The notes under the pieces are model-generated. The model saw nothing but the letters and a program-made list of their open reading frames with translations. It was not told where the DNA came from and made no database searches. Of a DNA stretch of 64,000 nucleotides, positions 42,677-58,259 are shown piece by piece (position 1 is the stretch's first letter; each line of letters starts with the position of its first letter). This stretch comes from the human T2T-CHM13v2.0 reference genome, Homo sapiens. The stretch lies in NCBI RefSeq assembly GCF_009914755.1, contig NC_060925.1. One strand, written 5' to 3'. Both the position numbers and the translations under genes were made by a program.

Positions 42677-45600
42677 ACATGGTAACAGAACTTCAAACTC
42701 ATGAAGCAAGAATTGATAGGATTGAAAGAGAAATAGACAAATCCACAATTATGGTCAGAGATTTCAACCCTCTCTCAATACTTGACAGAAAAAGTAGGCA
42801 GAAATTTTAATAAGAAGTCTTATCATTTGACTTGGCCTAACATTTATATAAAACTTGATTCCAAACCCAGAAACTACACATTCTTTACAATTACATGTGA
42901 AACATTCATCAAGATAGACCATATTCTGTAACATAAAATAAGTCCCAAAATATTTAAAGAATTGAAATTATATATTGATTTCTGACCACAACACAATTTT
43001 TAAAAAAATTACAGCAGAAACATATTTAAACAATCCCCAGATATGTGGAAATTAAACAAAACATCCAAATAATCCATAAATAAATAAATATTATTTATCA
43101 CAATAAATCACAAAAGAGTGGAAAATAGTTTGAATGGAATGAACATGAAAATACAATATATGAAAATTTATGGGATGCAGCTACAAAGGGAAATTTGTAG
43201 ATTTAAATACATTGTATAGGACAAAAATTCTGAAATCAGTGACCTCAGTTTCTACCACAGGAAGCTAGAATAATAAGAGCCAAGGAAGAAAATAATAAAA
43301 AAGAGTGGAAATCAATCACCTAGAAAAGGTCAGAATATGGAAACCAAAGCCAGTTATTTGAAACAATAAATAAAATTGGAGAACCTCTTTAGAATAAGAA
43401 AATTACCAATATCATGAATGAACTACAGGATGTTATTATAGTTCTGACAGGTATTAAATGCATAATAAGAAAATATTATGAATGGCTTTATGCCAATGAT
43501 AAGCTAGATGAAAGGGACAAATTTTTTGAAAGTCACAATTACCAAAATTGACTCAAGGAGAAATTGAAAACCTGCTCTATATAAATTAAATAAATTGAAT
43601 TCATAGTTAAAACCTTACAACACAATAACTCCAGATTCAGATGGCTTTACTGGTGAATATTATCAAACATTCAAGAATGCAGTATTATCAATTCTACACA
43701 AATGTTTTAAAAAATAAAACAAAAGAATAAGAAACACTTCCCAATTCATTTTATATGATCAACATCCTCTCATACAATAGCCAGACAAAGACAAGAAAAG
43801 CAAACTATGCACTGATATCCCTCACTAATATCAACACAAAATTCCTTAACAGAGTGTTAGCAAATTTGATCCAGCTAAATATCAATAGGATCATACCTAT
43901 TCCAGTGAGATCACTTGAATCATGTGGGATTTATATTTAAATTGTAAGGTTAGTATAACATTCAAAAATCAGTGACTGTAATTCACTGAATAGAAGATTT
44001 TTTGAACACACCTATATGATCACCTCAACAGATGCATAAAAAGCATTTGATGAAGTTTAGCACTTCTTAATAATCAAAACTCTAAGCAAGTTAGAAAAAG
44101 AAGAGAACTTTCTCAACCTGATAGTGGGAATCTATGCAAAATCTACAGGTCATATCACAGTTAATAGTGAAAGACTGAATCCATGAGTCTAAAATCAGTA
44201 ATAAGAAGACAAAGATGTTTACTTTCGTCACTTGTGTAAGAGGTCCAAATTGGGCAATTTGACAAGGAAAGAAAGCAGACTACACACCTACTGGGAAAAA
44301 CAAAAAACAAAAAACAAAACCTGTCTGCATTAACATAACATAAACTGAGAGAAAGAAGCCAGGCAGTACATGCTGTATTTGGACCCCAAGAAGAGAGTTA
44401 GCAGGTCATTTGAATTGCCTGGGGCTAGAGGTGATATGGAGTTTGACTGGAAAGTGGCAAAAATGGTAGACATGTTCCATTTTTATATTTTGGTGGGGGT
44501 TATATAGGTGTATATATTTGCCAAAATCCATTGAGCTTTATGTTTAAAATATATGTATTTTGTCAAATGTAAACTGTATCTCCATCAATATCCTCCATCC
44601 AGGAACACACATGCAGTTGAAAAAGTTAGTTTTATTGTTCATTGCAGCAAGGGAGAACCCACACCATAGGGACTGTGGGGTGTCTCTGAATGGCCCTTCT
44701 AAGAGGCTGTTAGAAAGGGCATACATGATTTGAGCTTGCATTAGGTGGTTTTGGGGAGGGTTTAAGGAAGCAGGGCTTTGCCCTGGAGAGTATAGTATCA
44801 GGCAGCTGGAGTAATTCTATTTTTGTGGCCTGAACAGTGTGCATGCTTTGCATGTGTTCAAACATGATTACGAAATTGTCTGGTTTATGTCTTGATCCAC
44901 CCCAGTCACAGAATAGCCTTGTCTGATGTTGATGTCAGGCTTAACCAAGGCTTACCTTTGAGTGCATGTCTGCTCACAGCTACACTAAGACCTGTCAGTG
45001 AGTACCAGGCTGGCTCCCAGAGTCAAAGGCTGCTTTTCTGCTTCTTATGTCAGTAAAGTGATTTTAAAACTTCATTTTGAAACAGGCAGAACCTTCAAAG
45101 CATCCTGAGAATGCAACCTAACACCATACGCTAAACTCTTGATGCTTACTCTGTAGACGAGATCTTGTGCACTGGGCAGACGCACTTGCGGTATTTACTG
45201 CTCTAACATCAGATTCTGAATTCCTGCTGATATTTACCAGCTACTGGCTCAAGTTTCCTAGCAATGATGAATATTTCTCTTTCATTGGTGTACACATTGT
45301 GAAAAATTCATTCTTTGTCTAGCTGTTGTCTATCATAACTCTTGGTGGACTTTTAATACCAAAACATATTTGATTTAGTGACTCTGTGTCTTGAGGGGAA
45401 AGATTGTTTTCTGGTATGCAATTTATATTCTCATCACAGAAGGAATCTTTAACAGTTAATGTAGCCAGTGAGTTTCCTGCTGAATAATGAAGTGTGTAAC
45501 ACAAGAGCCTGTAGATATATGTGTGATGTCATTCTTTTGAAATTCTACCACATGGTGTTCTGAGTACTTTCATTCTGGCTAATTCAGAGAATTCTCATTC

Positions 45601-45763
45601 TTTAATGAAATATTCAAATGCTGCTTGTCATTCATGTGGTGGAATGACACATTTTCTTTACAAGGAAATCAGGGTTTTGAACGTTTTGTTCTCTTGGTAA
45701 TTGAAAATAAGTTTCAGAAATTTCCTACTGCTCAAAAAAACAAAGTGTCCAAAAGTCTATGTT

Positions 45764-46058
45764 AGCCAGGTGCAATGGCTCATGCCTGTAATCCCAGCAT
45801 TTTGGGAGGTCAAGGGGGTGAATGACCTGAGGTCAGGAGTTCAAGACCAACGTGACCAACATGGCAAAACCCCGTCTCTACTAAAAATACAAAAATTAGC
45901 TGGGTGTGGTGGCACACACGCCTGTAATCCCAGCTACTCAGAAGGCTGAGGCAGGAGAATCGCTTGAACTCGGGAGGCAGAAGTTTCAGTGAACCAAGAT
46001 TGCACCTCTGCACTCCAGCCTGAGAGACAGAGCGAGACTCCATCTCAAAAAAACAAAA
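45764..46058 (+). mobile_element. Alu (AluS-type)
   Basis: Full dimer with a short tail. Confidence 0.9.
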
Positions 46059-46527
46059 TCTCAGAGATTAGCAGGTCTTGTTTTGTGCCCCTCTAATGTA
46101 CCACCTAAGAATGAGGGGCCAGAGGAGCACTGGTCTTTCTGTCTTATCTACCCCTCATCAAATTCATCTCAAATAAACATGCAATCTAAATAAATGGTGT
46201 TCTTGGCTTGGCCTTAGCTGCCCTTGACCCTGGAACTTAATAGTGCCTGGGGAATGGGTAGTTATTTCTACTTTTCCCTACCTTGTCTGAAACCATAACT
46301 CAGACTTCCCAATTCATGAATTGTTCTTTGCTCAAACTGTGTTACCTTTAATTTGTCAGAAGTTCTTCTTTTTAGCAATACATAAATGAATATATTTAGA
46401 CCCCTACCTCACACCATATATGAAAATTGACTAAAAATGAATGACAAACCTAAATGTGAGAGTTAAGATAATAAAATTTAGAGAAAGCTTATGACCTTTG
46501 TGAACTTGGGTTAGAAAAGTGCAAAGA

Positions 46528-46837
46528 GGCTGGGCATGGTGGCTCATGCCTGTAATCCCAGCACTTCGGGGGGCTGAGGCAGACGGATCATGAGGTTAGG
46601 AGATCGAGACCATCCTGGCTAACACAGTGAAGCCCCATCTCTGCTAAAAATACAAAAAATTAGCTGGGCATGGTGGCAGGTGCCCATAGTCCCAGCTACT
46701 CAGGAGGTGAGGCAGGAGAATGGCATGAACCTGGGAGGCAGAGATTGCAGTGAGCCAAGATTGCGCCACTGCACTCTAGCCTGGGTGACAGAGTAAGACT
46801 CCATCTCAAAAAAAAAAAAGAAAGAAAGAAAAGAAAA
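46528..46837 (+). mobile_element. AluY
   Basis: gagatcgagaccatcctggctaacac, gaatggcatgaacc. TSD agaaaagtgcaaag. Confidence 0.92.
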
Positions 46838-47207
46838 GTGCAAAGCATGTTTTCCTTCCTGCATGAATTAAAATCTTGATGTCTCAGGAATTAAGGAAGG
46901 AGATTATAAATAAATACTCAACTATGACTGCCAGGAGCAGCCTTCAAACCAAGTCGTCTCCTCAGAAACATTTTACAATGTACAGGTGTTAAAAGTAACA
47001 GTATGAAATTAAGGAAACCAGTACAGAAAAAGGCAGCAAGATCTGTTTTTTCTTTTCTTTTCTAGGTATCTGTAGATATTTGTTTTTCTTCTTCTGGCCA
47101 GAATTTTTTATTTATAGCATGAATCTTAGTAAAAACCCTGGCTCTTTCAATATATTGCATTCTTTCACAGCAATTTTTGTTACTATAGTTACTTTTTGTT
47201 TAGAGTG

Positions 47208-47559
47208 TGATATGGCTTGCCTCTGTGTCCCCACACAAATCTCATCTAGAATTGTAATCCCATGTGTCAATGAAGGGAGGTCATTGGATCATGGAGATGG
47301 TTTCCCCATGCTGTTCTCGTGGTAGTGAGTGAGTTCTCACGAGATCTGATGGTTTTATAAGGGGTTCTTCCCGCTTTGCTCTTTGCTCGCTCTTGCCTGC
47401 TGCCATGTAAGATGTGCCTGCTTTGCCTTCCACCATGATTGTTAAGTTTCCTGAGGCCTTTCCAGCCATGTGGAACTGTGAGTCAATTAAACCTTTTTTC
47501 TTTATAAATTATCCAGTCTCTGGTATTTCTTTAAAGTGGTGTGAAAATGGACTAATACA
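47208..47559 (+). mobile_element. THE1-type MaLR solo LTR
   Basis: tgatatggcttgcctctgtgtcccc...ggactaataca. 5-bp TSD gagtg. Confidence 0.9.
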
Positions 47560-50500
47560 GAGTGCATTGTTGAGAAGGCAAATACCAAAAGTATTTAAAC
47601 TATGCCCCTACCCTGAAATAGTATTGTTTCCTTTTTCATTTTCCTTTTTTTATCTTTAACGCCTTTGGTGCTTTTTATTTTAAATATACTGTGAATATAA
47701 TCTATGTCTTTCTTCTTTTAACATTCATGCTTGTGTTTCACATCCTTGATACATGCAGTCACTTGTGTAGTCATTGATCTTGCTGACAAAGCCCTCACTA
47801 TATATGTGTTTCCTGTTTTTGCTTTTAATTGTATAAAACTGTGCACTCTCAGTTTGTAATTTAAAAAATAACACTTGCAGAATGTAAGAATATATTATAA
47901 ACTACTCTTATTTTAATCTATTAACTTTTTTCTTCTAAAAATGGTTCCAATTCTGTTGGTAAATTTGCTGTGGGATACATAGCTGATTATTTTGAAATAA
48001 TTCTTCTCAATTGTAAAGTAATTGGGTGAGTAGCTGTGAAAAATTTTCTAGTACCAACTAATTTTCTGCCGTTAATGCTGACTACTACCTCTTTAAAAAT
48101 CATTTCCTGTTTCCTCTTCTCAGTGTAGTCACACCGTCTGGTAGGAAAATCTATTTGTGTTGATTATAGAAGGAAAAAGTTAAAACAAATATTTGCCAGT
48201 TTTCTGTTAGCATTTTCTCACATTTTCCAAGAATGCACCTGTTGTCAGCTTTTATATTTACTTCTGCTTGGTTTCTATTTTGGTTGTTTTTCTCTGGGTC
48301 CACAGCTCTAGTTTTAGAATCCACCATAATTGTTTTATTTTTCATCTGAAACTTAATCTCACCTTTCCTACCTGATTGAAAACCCTGGAGTCCAGTCATG
48401 TGGACCTACTCCCTGCTGCTTCATAAATTGACCCCAGCCTGCCACCGTGGAGACCGTCTTAATGTTCAGCATGAGTCTGGAAATCAGCATCATAGACAGG
48501 TGGTGGAGGTGCAGATGAGATGATACTTTGTTGAAGCCGACTAAAGTTTTACTACCCCAGGAAAAAATAACACAACCTCTTAACTAGGGAATTAGGCTGG
48601 AATCTGAGGACACTGAGGGAGATCATGACAATATGAAAAATTCTTTTAGAGAAAGAAGGATTAACAGACTCTCTTCTCTTTTAATCAAAGTTTGCATTGG
48701 CACCAAGACAGACTTTATCAAAATGGTGAAGCTATTGATTCAGGCACAGCTGAAAATCAGAAAGAGTGGCAAAAAGGCACATTGGATGTTTGGTAGAAAA
48801 CACCTTTTATTTCTAACTTCCACTGGAAAATTGTATAAATGTAAGCTGTAGTAGATGTTTGGAGTGGTAAAACCAGAAGCTAAGTTTCGATGTCTTTAGT
48901 TTTATAGAAGTTTTTTTGAATGATGGTAATATTTGATATACTCTTATGCACTCAAATCAATATGTTTGTATTTTCTTTTGCTCTCCTCTCCCCACTCACC
49001 CCAGCATATATGCACATGCACACACACACATATGCACAATTTTTAATATTAATATAGAATTAACATTCTTTATTGGTGAGTATAAGATGGCTAGAAAATC
49101 AGGGCTCCAGGTTTCCTTCCAGCTTCTTCCAAACCCTGCATTTGACCACAAATTTTAGTACCACTCTTGGACCCAGGAAAGCTTCCCTCCTGTCCAGGTC
49201 TTGTGTCTGAGGACCACCCATCCCCAGTGCATTGCAGTATCTTCCTTGAAGAAATACCCTCTCCAGTGACTGGGACTGGCCAGGGCATCCAAGCAAGGCA
49301 CTTGGTCACGTGTGGGTCCCGGTTGCTGAAAGTGTCTTCCTAGAAATTTCCTAAGGCTGCATTCAGTGCCTGCTCTGTACACCTTTCCCTCCTGCCCCAA
49401 ACAGATAGTTCCTGTTGGCCAGTATGGTATTTCTTTTGCGGTATTGGGTAAGATTGAGCTGTAAGGAACAGTAGTTAGTTTGGGGTGAGTCACATTGGAA
49501 GTGAGGAGTGCAGGGATTTGGATTCCAACAGTCCACTGCCTACTTTTGCATTCTGAGCCAAGTTTGGGCCCATCTGTTGACTCTCAACTGACCACAGGCC
49601 CTTCTCATCTATAGCTCCAAGGCACTGGGGGGGGGGTGTCGGTAGGTATCCTTTACCTTATGCCCCTACTCCCCCATGGCAGGGACCTAGGGCGGTCACC
49701 TTCTGCCCTCTGCAGACTCCATACCATATCAGGCAGTTTTCTGGGGATGGCCTTACCTATCTTTTCTGCACCTTCTCAAGGCTTTCAACATCATTGTCCA
49801 TAAGCTAACAGTCCCCTCCAACTGATGTCCTCTCTCACCTCCAATTGATGTAGTGATAGCATGCTCTTCCTGGAAGTCTTAAGGCATTCCAAATGAAAGA
49901 TGGACATTCCTTGAGTAAATGGTACTGGTCTTCTATACTTCCTTGCTGGTGTTGGTGGGTAAAAGGCAGGGTTTACTCCACACTGAAGGAAATCACATCC
50001 TAGGAATGCACCCAGCCTGGATGGCCTACAGAGTTGAAAAGAAGACACAGTTGGAAGTTGTATTGCTCTACATCTATGCTAAAAAATTCCAAACAATACA
50101 TTAACATGACCAAAAAAAAAAAGAATTTTAATTCAGATTTTCCTGCAGGTAAGAATTGCATTTAGTGGTCATTATTGTGGAGCACGACAACAACCTTGGT
50201 GAGAACTACTGACACCCATAATCGTAAGTGACATGGTGGGCAGAGCAGTGTCAGGAGTGATGATATACCCAGCGTTAAATACATGCTATTAGGGAACTGC
50301 AGAAGCAGGAAGGATGATATTGCTTCAACCCAACAGCTTCCAAACAGCCATGGCATTGTGAGTAATAACAGCTTTGCTACTTCTTTCTTGTGATTGCAGC
50401 TATAAAATGAGCCAGGAATGACACATTTAACAACAAAGAACATAGTGATAAAATGATAGCTATAGACCTGTACAAGAAGAAATGATGGCCGGACACTACA

Positions 50501-51237
50501 AAGAATCTTTATATTCATGAATAGAACAATAAACATCATTCTAAATCTTCATTAATAAATCACTATACCTCATATGAGCTCAAGAACTTTGCAATACATT
50601 TTTTAAAAATAAAATTGTGTATATAAACAGGGGCCCTACCTCTATATGCTGAGTCTAAACATGCCAATATAAAGATGAGAGACCTGTTCCAGCCCCTGTG
50701 GTTTTCATATTCTCTCTGAATTCATTATTCCTCTCAAAACAGTGTTTATTATCTACCCCTAGTCAATAGACAAATACATAAAAATCAAAAGAGAAATAAA
50801 GCATAGGCTTCTTTCATAATTGGAAGAGAGCTGTGAGCAAGATGAATGATCTATGGAGACCTCCACTGCAGATTACAGGAGAAGGCTTGCAATTACTCAG
50901 AGAAAGAAATTACATGTTTATAATAATTGAGTAGAAAGAAGCATCTCAGGGCTATGCTGACTCATATTCCATGTGGATAATTTGATAGGATTCTTTAAAG
51001 TAGTCTTGGTTATGAACTTTCTCTCTTGTATAAAAATGTTTCTAAGTCTTCCTACCAAAATAAAAAAAGAACATTCACACTTTTACAATCCTTGGTATTA
51101 ACTTTTTCTGCGGCAGCGATGATCAGGGCACTGGAGTTGTGATTTGTGAATCCTGGATCTGCTTTAGGGATAAATTTTAATAGAAACTTCAGGCTTTAGT
51201 TTTAAATAATATTTAATTAAATAAATCATTAAATGCA

Positions 51238-51780
51238 GGTCATGGTTAATACTGAGTGTCAACTTGATTGTATTGAAGGATGCAGAGTATTGTTCCTGGG
51301 TGTATCTGTGAGGGTGTTGCCAAAGGACATTAACATATGAGTCAGTTGACTGGGAGAGGCAGACTTACCCTTAATCTGGGAGGGTGCCATGTAATCAGTT
51401 GCCAACATAGCTAGAATTAAGCAGGCAGAATAACGTGGAAGGACTAGATTGGCTAAGTCTTCTGGTCTTCAATCTTTCTCCTGTGCTGGATGCTTCCTGC
51501 CATCGAACATCAGACTCTTTAGCTTTTAGACTCTTGGATTTACACCAGTGATTTGCCAGGGGCTCTTGGGCCTTCAGCCACAGACTGAAGGCTGCACTGT
51601 CAACTTCTCTACTTTTGAGGGTTTGGGACTCGGACTCGCTTCCTTGCTCCTCAGCTTGCAAACAGCCTATTGTGGGACTTAACCTTGTGATTGTGTGAGT
51701 CAATTCTCATTAATAAACTCCCTTTCACATATACAGCTATCCAATTAGTCCTATCCCTCTAGAGAACCCTGACTAATACA
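51238..51780 (+). mobile_element. MLT2A (ERVL) solo LTR
   Basis: atggttaatactgagtgtcaacttgattg...ctctagagaaccctgactaataca. Confidence 0.88.
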
Positions 51781-52236
51781 ATGCATTTAATATAATTTAA
51801 TAAAATTTGACTAAAATGAAAATGGCAATGTAAGACACAGACTCAAGGAGACCAATAATTTGTTTATTCTTCTTTAGGGTATTCAGACACAGAACAAAAT
51901 TAAGAAATTTAACAGTTAATTTGTGATTTCCGTAGCCACTTTGCAAATGAATGTTAAAACAAATGCATTTTTTTTTCACTTAGAAAGAATTGGATTTAGT
52001 GGGATTCCGTCCCTAAAACTACTAACTTTTTTATCTTGAAATGTGAAAAGTTATTTATTCCCTTGAATGTGCCATAGCTTCCCACCTCTGTGCTATAATT
52101 ATCTCTGTGAGTGGCTCCTGTCTTAATAAGCTTAACCTCCTGATGCTCACTTCTGTGATTTCCCATCTCTGCCAAAACTTTGTGTCATCAAACTGATCTT
52201 TCTCTCCTTATTCAGTGTATTTCTATCTATTGAGTC

Positions 52237-52667
52237 TATAATGGTTAATTTCATGTGTCATCTTGACTGGGCCAGGGGGTACCCTAGACATTGGGCTGAA
52301 CATCATTCTGGGTGTTTCTGTGCAAGTGTTTCTGGATGAGTAAAGCACATTGCCCTCCCTAATGTGGGGGTCGGGGGACGCAATCCAACCAGCTGAGGTC
52401 TGAATAGAACAAAAAGGCTGAGAAGTGGGAACTCTTCCTGCATGATGGCCTTCAAGCTGGGGCATTATTTTTATTCCTTCCCTTGAAACTCAAACTAAAA
52501 CATCACTTTGGCCTAAGTCTCAAGCCTACAGGCCTACGGACTGAAATTATATCATCAGCTCTCCTGGGTCTCTAGCTTGCAACTCAACCTGAAAGTCTTG
52601 GGACTTAGCTTCCATAATGTCATGAGCTAATCCTTTATAATAAATCTCTTTTGATTTATCTAATACA
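52237..52667 (+). mobile_element. MLT2C/D-like ERVL LTR
   Basis: atggttaatttcatgtgtcatcttgactgggcc...ctaataca. Confidence 0.75.
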
Positions 52668-53262
52668 GGGTCATTTTCTATATTTAAAAAAATAAAGAAA
52701 AGAAAAATGAGTGCGTCTTGTTTCTTCTTACAAAAAGAAAACAAAACAAAAAACCAGAAACAAATTTATAATTTTATTGGACCCCAGTGCCGCCTCTGGT
52801 CATCATCTTCATTTTCTGATGTCGTTCTCTATCTTAGGTATCAGTGGTCTGTGGCCACATCCCATTTCCTAAATGCTGGATTTTGGATCCTTTACAAATG
52901 TGGCTTCCCCACTCCACAGAAATTGTAGTTCTGAGGAAATCAGTGACCTCTTGATTGCAAAGACCTGTGTTCCCTTTTCAGTTCTTATTCTTTTGGCCTC
53001 TTTTGTGTTAACATTGCTAGTAAAATATTTCTTTAAAATTATAAAAGGCCAGGTGTGGTGACTTGTGGGAAGAGGAAGGCAGAAGGGTCAGAAACAGAGA
53101 TGGCATCATGATAATGACCTTATGGCCACTGTTTACTCTTTGCTTTGAAGATGAGAGAAAGAACACGAACCAAGAAATGCAGGCAGACACTAGAAGCTCG
53201 AAGTGGCAAGAGAACAGATTTTCTGCACGAACCCCCAGAAAGAAACTCAGAGATGCCTACAC

Positions 53263-53545
53263 CAGCCAGGCATGATGGCTCATGCCTGTAATCTCAGCAC
53301 TTTGGGAGGCTGAGGCAGGAGGATTGCTGGAGGCCAAGAGTTGGAGACCAGCCTGGATAGCATAGCGAGACCCTGTCTATATAAAACAATTATCCAGGTA
53401 TGGTGGCGTGCAACTATAGTCTCAGCTACTCAGGAGGCTGAAGCTGGAGGATGGGTTGAGCCCAGGGTTCAAGGTTACAGTGAGCTGTGCTCATACCACT
53501 GCACTACAGTGCAGACAGAGTGAGAAACTATCTCTTAAAAAAAAA
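53263..53545 (+). mobile_element. AluJ
   Basis: ggaggattgctggaggccaagagttggagacc...aaggttacagtgagct. Confidence 0.85.
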
Positions 53546-54050
53546 TTACAAAAGTTTCACTTAAGGACATTTGAAAAGTGCAGAAAAGGTAAAACCTCAC
53601 CTGTAATTACAACACCCAGAGACATTCATTGTTAGTATTTTGGTTCATATTCTTGTGATATCTTTCCCATAATATACACAGTTTTAAATCAAAATTGGGA
53701 TCACTCTACATATTCTTTGATCATCTGGTTTTTTATGTTTGATGTATTATGGATATTTTCTAGGACATCCTTCACAGGATGTTTAGCAATATCCCTGGCT
53801 ACTACCTATGACATGTCAGTGGCACCCCTGCTCCCAGTTTGACAACCAAATACGTCTCTAGATATCTCTGGCCAGTAAATACTATTCTTCTGCATCAGCT
53901 TTTTTCATGCCAGCAAATGTGATCAAACTGATACATTAAAATCTATTTTTATATCTTTCCCATTGTTAGGCATTTAGGATATTTCCATTTTTAAAGGTAT
54001 ATTATCAATGTGGCTGAAACTTATGTAAGAGTAATATCAACCAATGGGTT

Positions 54051-54833
54051 TGTAGACGAAAAGAGTCAAACTCCGTAAAATAGTTGAAGATATTTATTCT
54101 GAGCCAAATATGAGTGACCATGGCCCATGACACAGCCCTCGGGAGGTCCTGAGAACACGTGCCCAACGTCTTCAGGGTGCAGCTTGGTTTTATATATCTT
54201 AGGAAGGCATGAGACATCAATCAAATACCTTTAAGAAATACATTGGTTTGGTCCAGAAAGGCTGGAGAATTCGAAGTGAAGATGGGCGGGAGGGCGGGTG
54301 GAGGGGCAGGGACTCCGGGTTATAGGTGAATTTAAACATTTTCTGGTTGACAATTTGTTGAGTTTGTCTAAAGACTTGGGATTGATACAAGGGAGTGTTC
54401 AGGTTAATATAAAAATTGTGGAGACCAAAGTTCTTTTGAAGTCTTATAGTGGCTGCCATTAGACACAATAGATGACAAATGTTTCCTATTCAGATCTTAG
54501 TTAATCTCTTTAGGATTCAGAGGGTCTGGAAGAAAAAGATCTAGCTATGTTGATAGAGATTCTTTACAGATGTAAATTTTCCCCCACAAAGAACAGCTTT
54601 GCAGGGCCATTTCAAAATATGGCAAATAAACATGTTTGGGGGTAAAATATTTTGATTTTCTTCCTTGTCTGAAAATGTTATGCCAGAGTCAGGGAAAGTA
54701 AGTCATGATATATAGGGTTGAATAAAACCCATCTGATGAGAATTTATGATTTGTAGGACATGACTTCCCAGACCCCTTAGATAGGAATTTGGGAAAGATA
54801 AAAAATTCAGAGTTTAATCCTAGGTTTCTTACA
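54051..54833 (-). mobile_element. MER4-group ERV1 solo LTR
   Basis: tgtagacgaaaagagtcaaactccgtaaaata...tttattctgagccaaatatgagtgacc...gaccccttagataggaatttggg. Confidence 0.8.
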
Positions 54834-55149
54834 GATTCTCTTGGGAGAAGAGCTGGCAAGGCCCGAATTAGACATTTTAAGCACCTGGCCTTCTCTATCA
54901 TTCTGTCCTGAGGTGTGTCTAGCCCAAAGAGCATGAAAAACCTACTTCTCAAAGCCAAATTAATCCAGAGTTAAGATGTATTGGGGGTTAAATGACCAGA
55001 AGAGTGGGCTTGGCATTGGGAAAAATACCTTTTTCTATCTTTGGTTAAGTATTCTATTCAGGAACATTCTATCCTGGAATAAGGTGGGAGCTTTTACAAG
55101 TCCTGTGAATGCTATTAGATAGAATTTTAGCATAGAAATAGATAGCTCT

Positions 55150-55481
<332 letters not shown>

Positions 55482-55876
55482 CTAGAATCTAATGTGAGCA
55501 TGTGAGTTGAGACATTCTCTAAGATTCCTTCCAATCCTGAAATTTTGTGACCCTGTGCACAGAAATAAATAAGTTCTCCTTCTGTCTCGTCTCATCTGCT
55601 TGGACTATCCTGGCAGCTGCCCATATCTAATTATCATGTTTCAAAGAAACACACAGTGATGGGCCATGACATACCTGGTGGAAACTGGGTTTTCACAAGA
55701 GGAAAGGATAAACTGATAAGCAGCAAAACTTTCTGGGAATTAGAGGAGCCAAAGTAGTTTTATCAGATATAAAATAAGAAGGAAATGAGTAGTTTGGGTT
55801 ACTATAGTAAAGGCCAGTGGAAGGGTGCAAGACTAGAATCAGTAAGTATGAAACTATAGAAAGGCATTCTTTAAAC

Positions 55877-56092
55877 CATAGTTTTTCAGCCTTGGCACTA
55901 TCGACATTCTGGGCCTGATAGTCTTTCACTGTAAGGAGCTCTCCTGTGCTTCATAGGATGTCTAGCAACATCCCTGGCCACCATCCATGAGATTATCAGT
56001 AGCATCTTCACTCCCAGTTTGACAACCAAAAACATCTCCAGGTATTTTTGGGGAGCAATTTCAGCCATCCCCTCCTTGTGAGGACATTGATT
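55877..56092. mobile_element. MER20-like hAT fossil
   Basis: cagccttggcactatcgacattctgggc...gacaaccaaaaacatctccag. Confidence 0.7.
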
Positions 56093-56473
56093 TAAAACTC
56101 TCATACTTTGCAAAGAGAGGCATTCCTAGAGACCTTAATTTTGTAATGTACCACTAAGTTAAAGTAAAAGTATACAAAAAGGTTTAATTTCTTTGTAAGT
56201 AAATTGTTAGTTTGTAAAAGCAAACAGAATGGATTAATTCCAACAAATTTAAATTATCTTTTAACAATGTATGATATGTAATCTTAAAAAGAGGTGTTAA
56301 TATTTAACCTTTTAAAGTAATTTAAATAAAGTATCTCTGTTTCAATAAGGATTAGGAAAGGTACATAGAAACCATCCTAGGTGTTTCAAGTAGAAAGAGA
56401 TTTGGGGTAAGAATTAGGTGCTTATGAGACTGTTGGAAGTGTGAAGGAGTAAAAGTAAGAGGGACTACTATAA

Positions 56474-56762
56474 TTTTTTTTTTTTTTTTTGAAACAGTGT
56501 CTCGTTCTATCGGCCAGGCTGGAGTGTAGTGGCACAATCTCAGTTCACTGTAATCTCCACCTCCCAGGCTCCTGCCTCAGCCTCCCTAGTAGCTGGGACT
56601 ACAGACACCTGCCATCAGGCCTGGCTGATTTTTGTGTTTTCAGTAGAGATGGGGTTTCGCCATTGTTGGCCTGGCTGGTCTCGAACTCCTGAGCTCAAGT
56701 GATCCCCCCACCTCAGCCTCCCAAAGTGCTGGGATTACAGGCATGAATCCCCATGCCTGGCC
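56474..56762 (-). mobile_element. Alu
   Basis: Reverse dimer with a small internal deletion. Confidence 0.88.
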
Positions 56763-56899
56763 CTAGCTGAAGGCTTTTTAAAATTGTTTTAATCATGTAG
56801 GTGAAGGCCATAGACAATAGTGATTACAATTTTTTTATTTCAAAATTAAATTAATTATCTGAAAATTAGCATGATCATTGTTCTGACATAATCAAAGCC

Positions 56900-57248
<349 letters not shown>

Positions 57249-57874
57249 TAACATAAGGAGCAGTTTCCTAGCATACCCTAAAAATAATGCCACCAAGAAT
57301 ATTTTTTGCCAGAGCCTATTAGTTACCATCATTTATGAAAGAATAAACTGCAGGCTATCAGACTATTACCCATAATGCTAGTGGATGCAGTTGCGTCTTT
57401 GCTGGCTTTGAAGAAACTATGAAGGGGCTGAGGAAAATAATCATATGCAAAGTTGAAATATACAAGTAGAGAGTACATGCAAAGAAATGGTCCAATTTGA
57501 ATATTTTATACCATAGAGATTTTTTAGTTAGCTCAAGTGATGGGATAAAATTCACAAATTATTCTCAGAACAAAGACTTATTCAAATTTAAATATATATA
57601 TATACTCATAATATTTTTTAATGGGAAAAGACTTGTTTCTCCAAAGAAGATACAACAACTCTTGAAAGTTTGGAGGGTCCTTGATTAGCGTAACTCTTAT
57701 CTGTCTGAATACTTGCTGATATTTGAGACAGATACATTAAAGAGACAGCAGTAGTTTTTAAGAGCAACAGTGCACAAAACTGCTGCCATCAAAGCAAATT
57801 TTTATCTTGCTGGGTACCTCTAGGTACTCAGAATATTCTACTGACTGTGCTTAGGGAAATTTTTCCTAAGATGA

Positions 57875-58242
<368 letters not shown>

Positions 58243-58259
58243 GTTTAGCTTTTTTTTTT

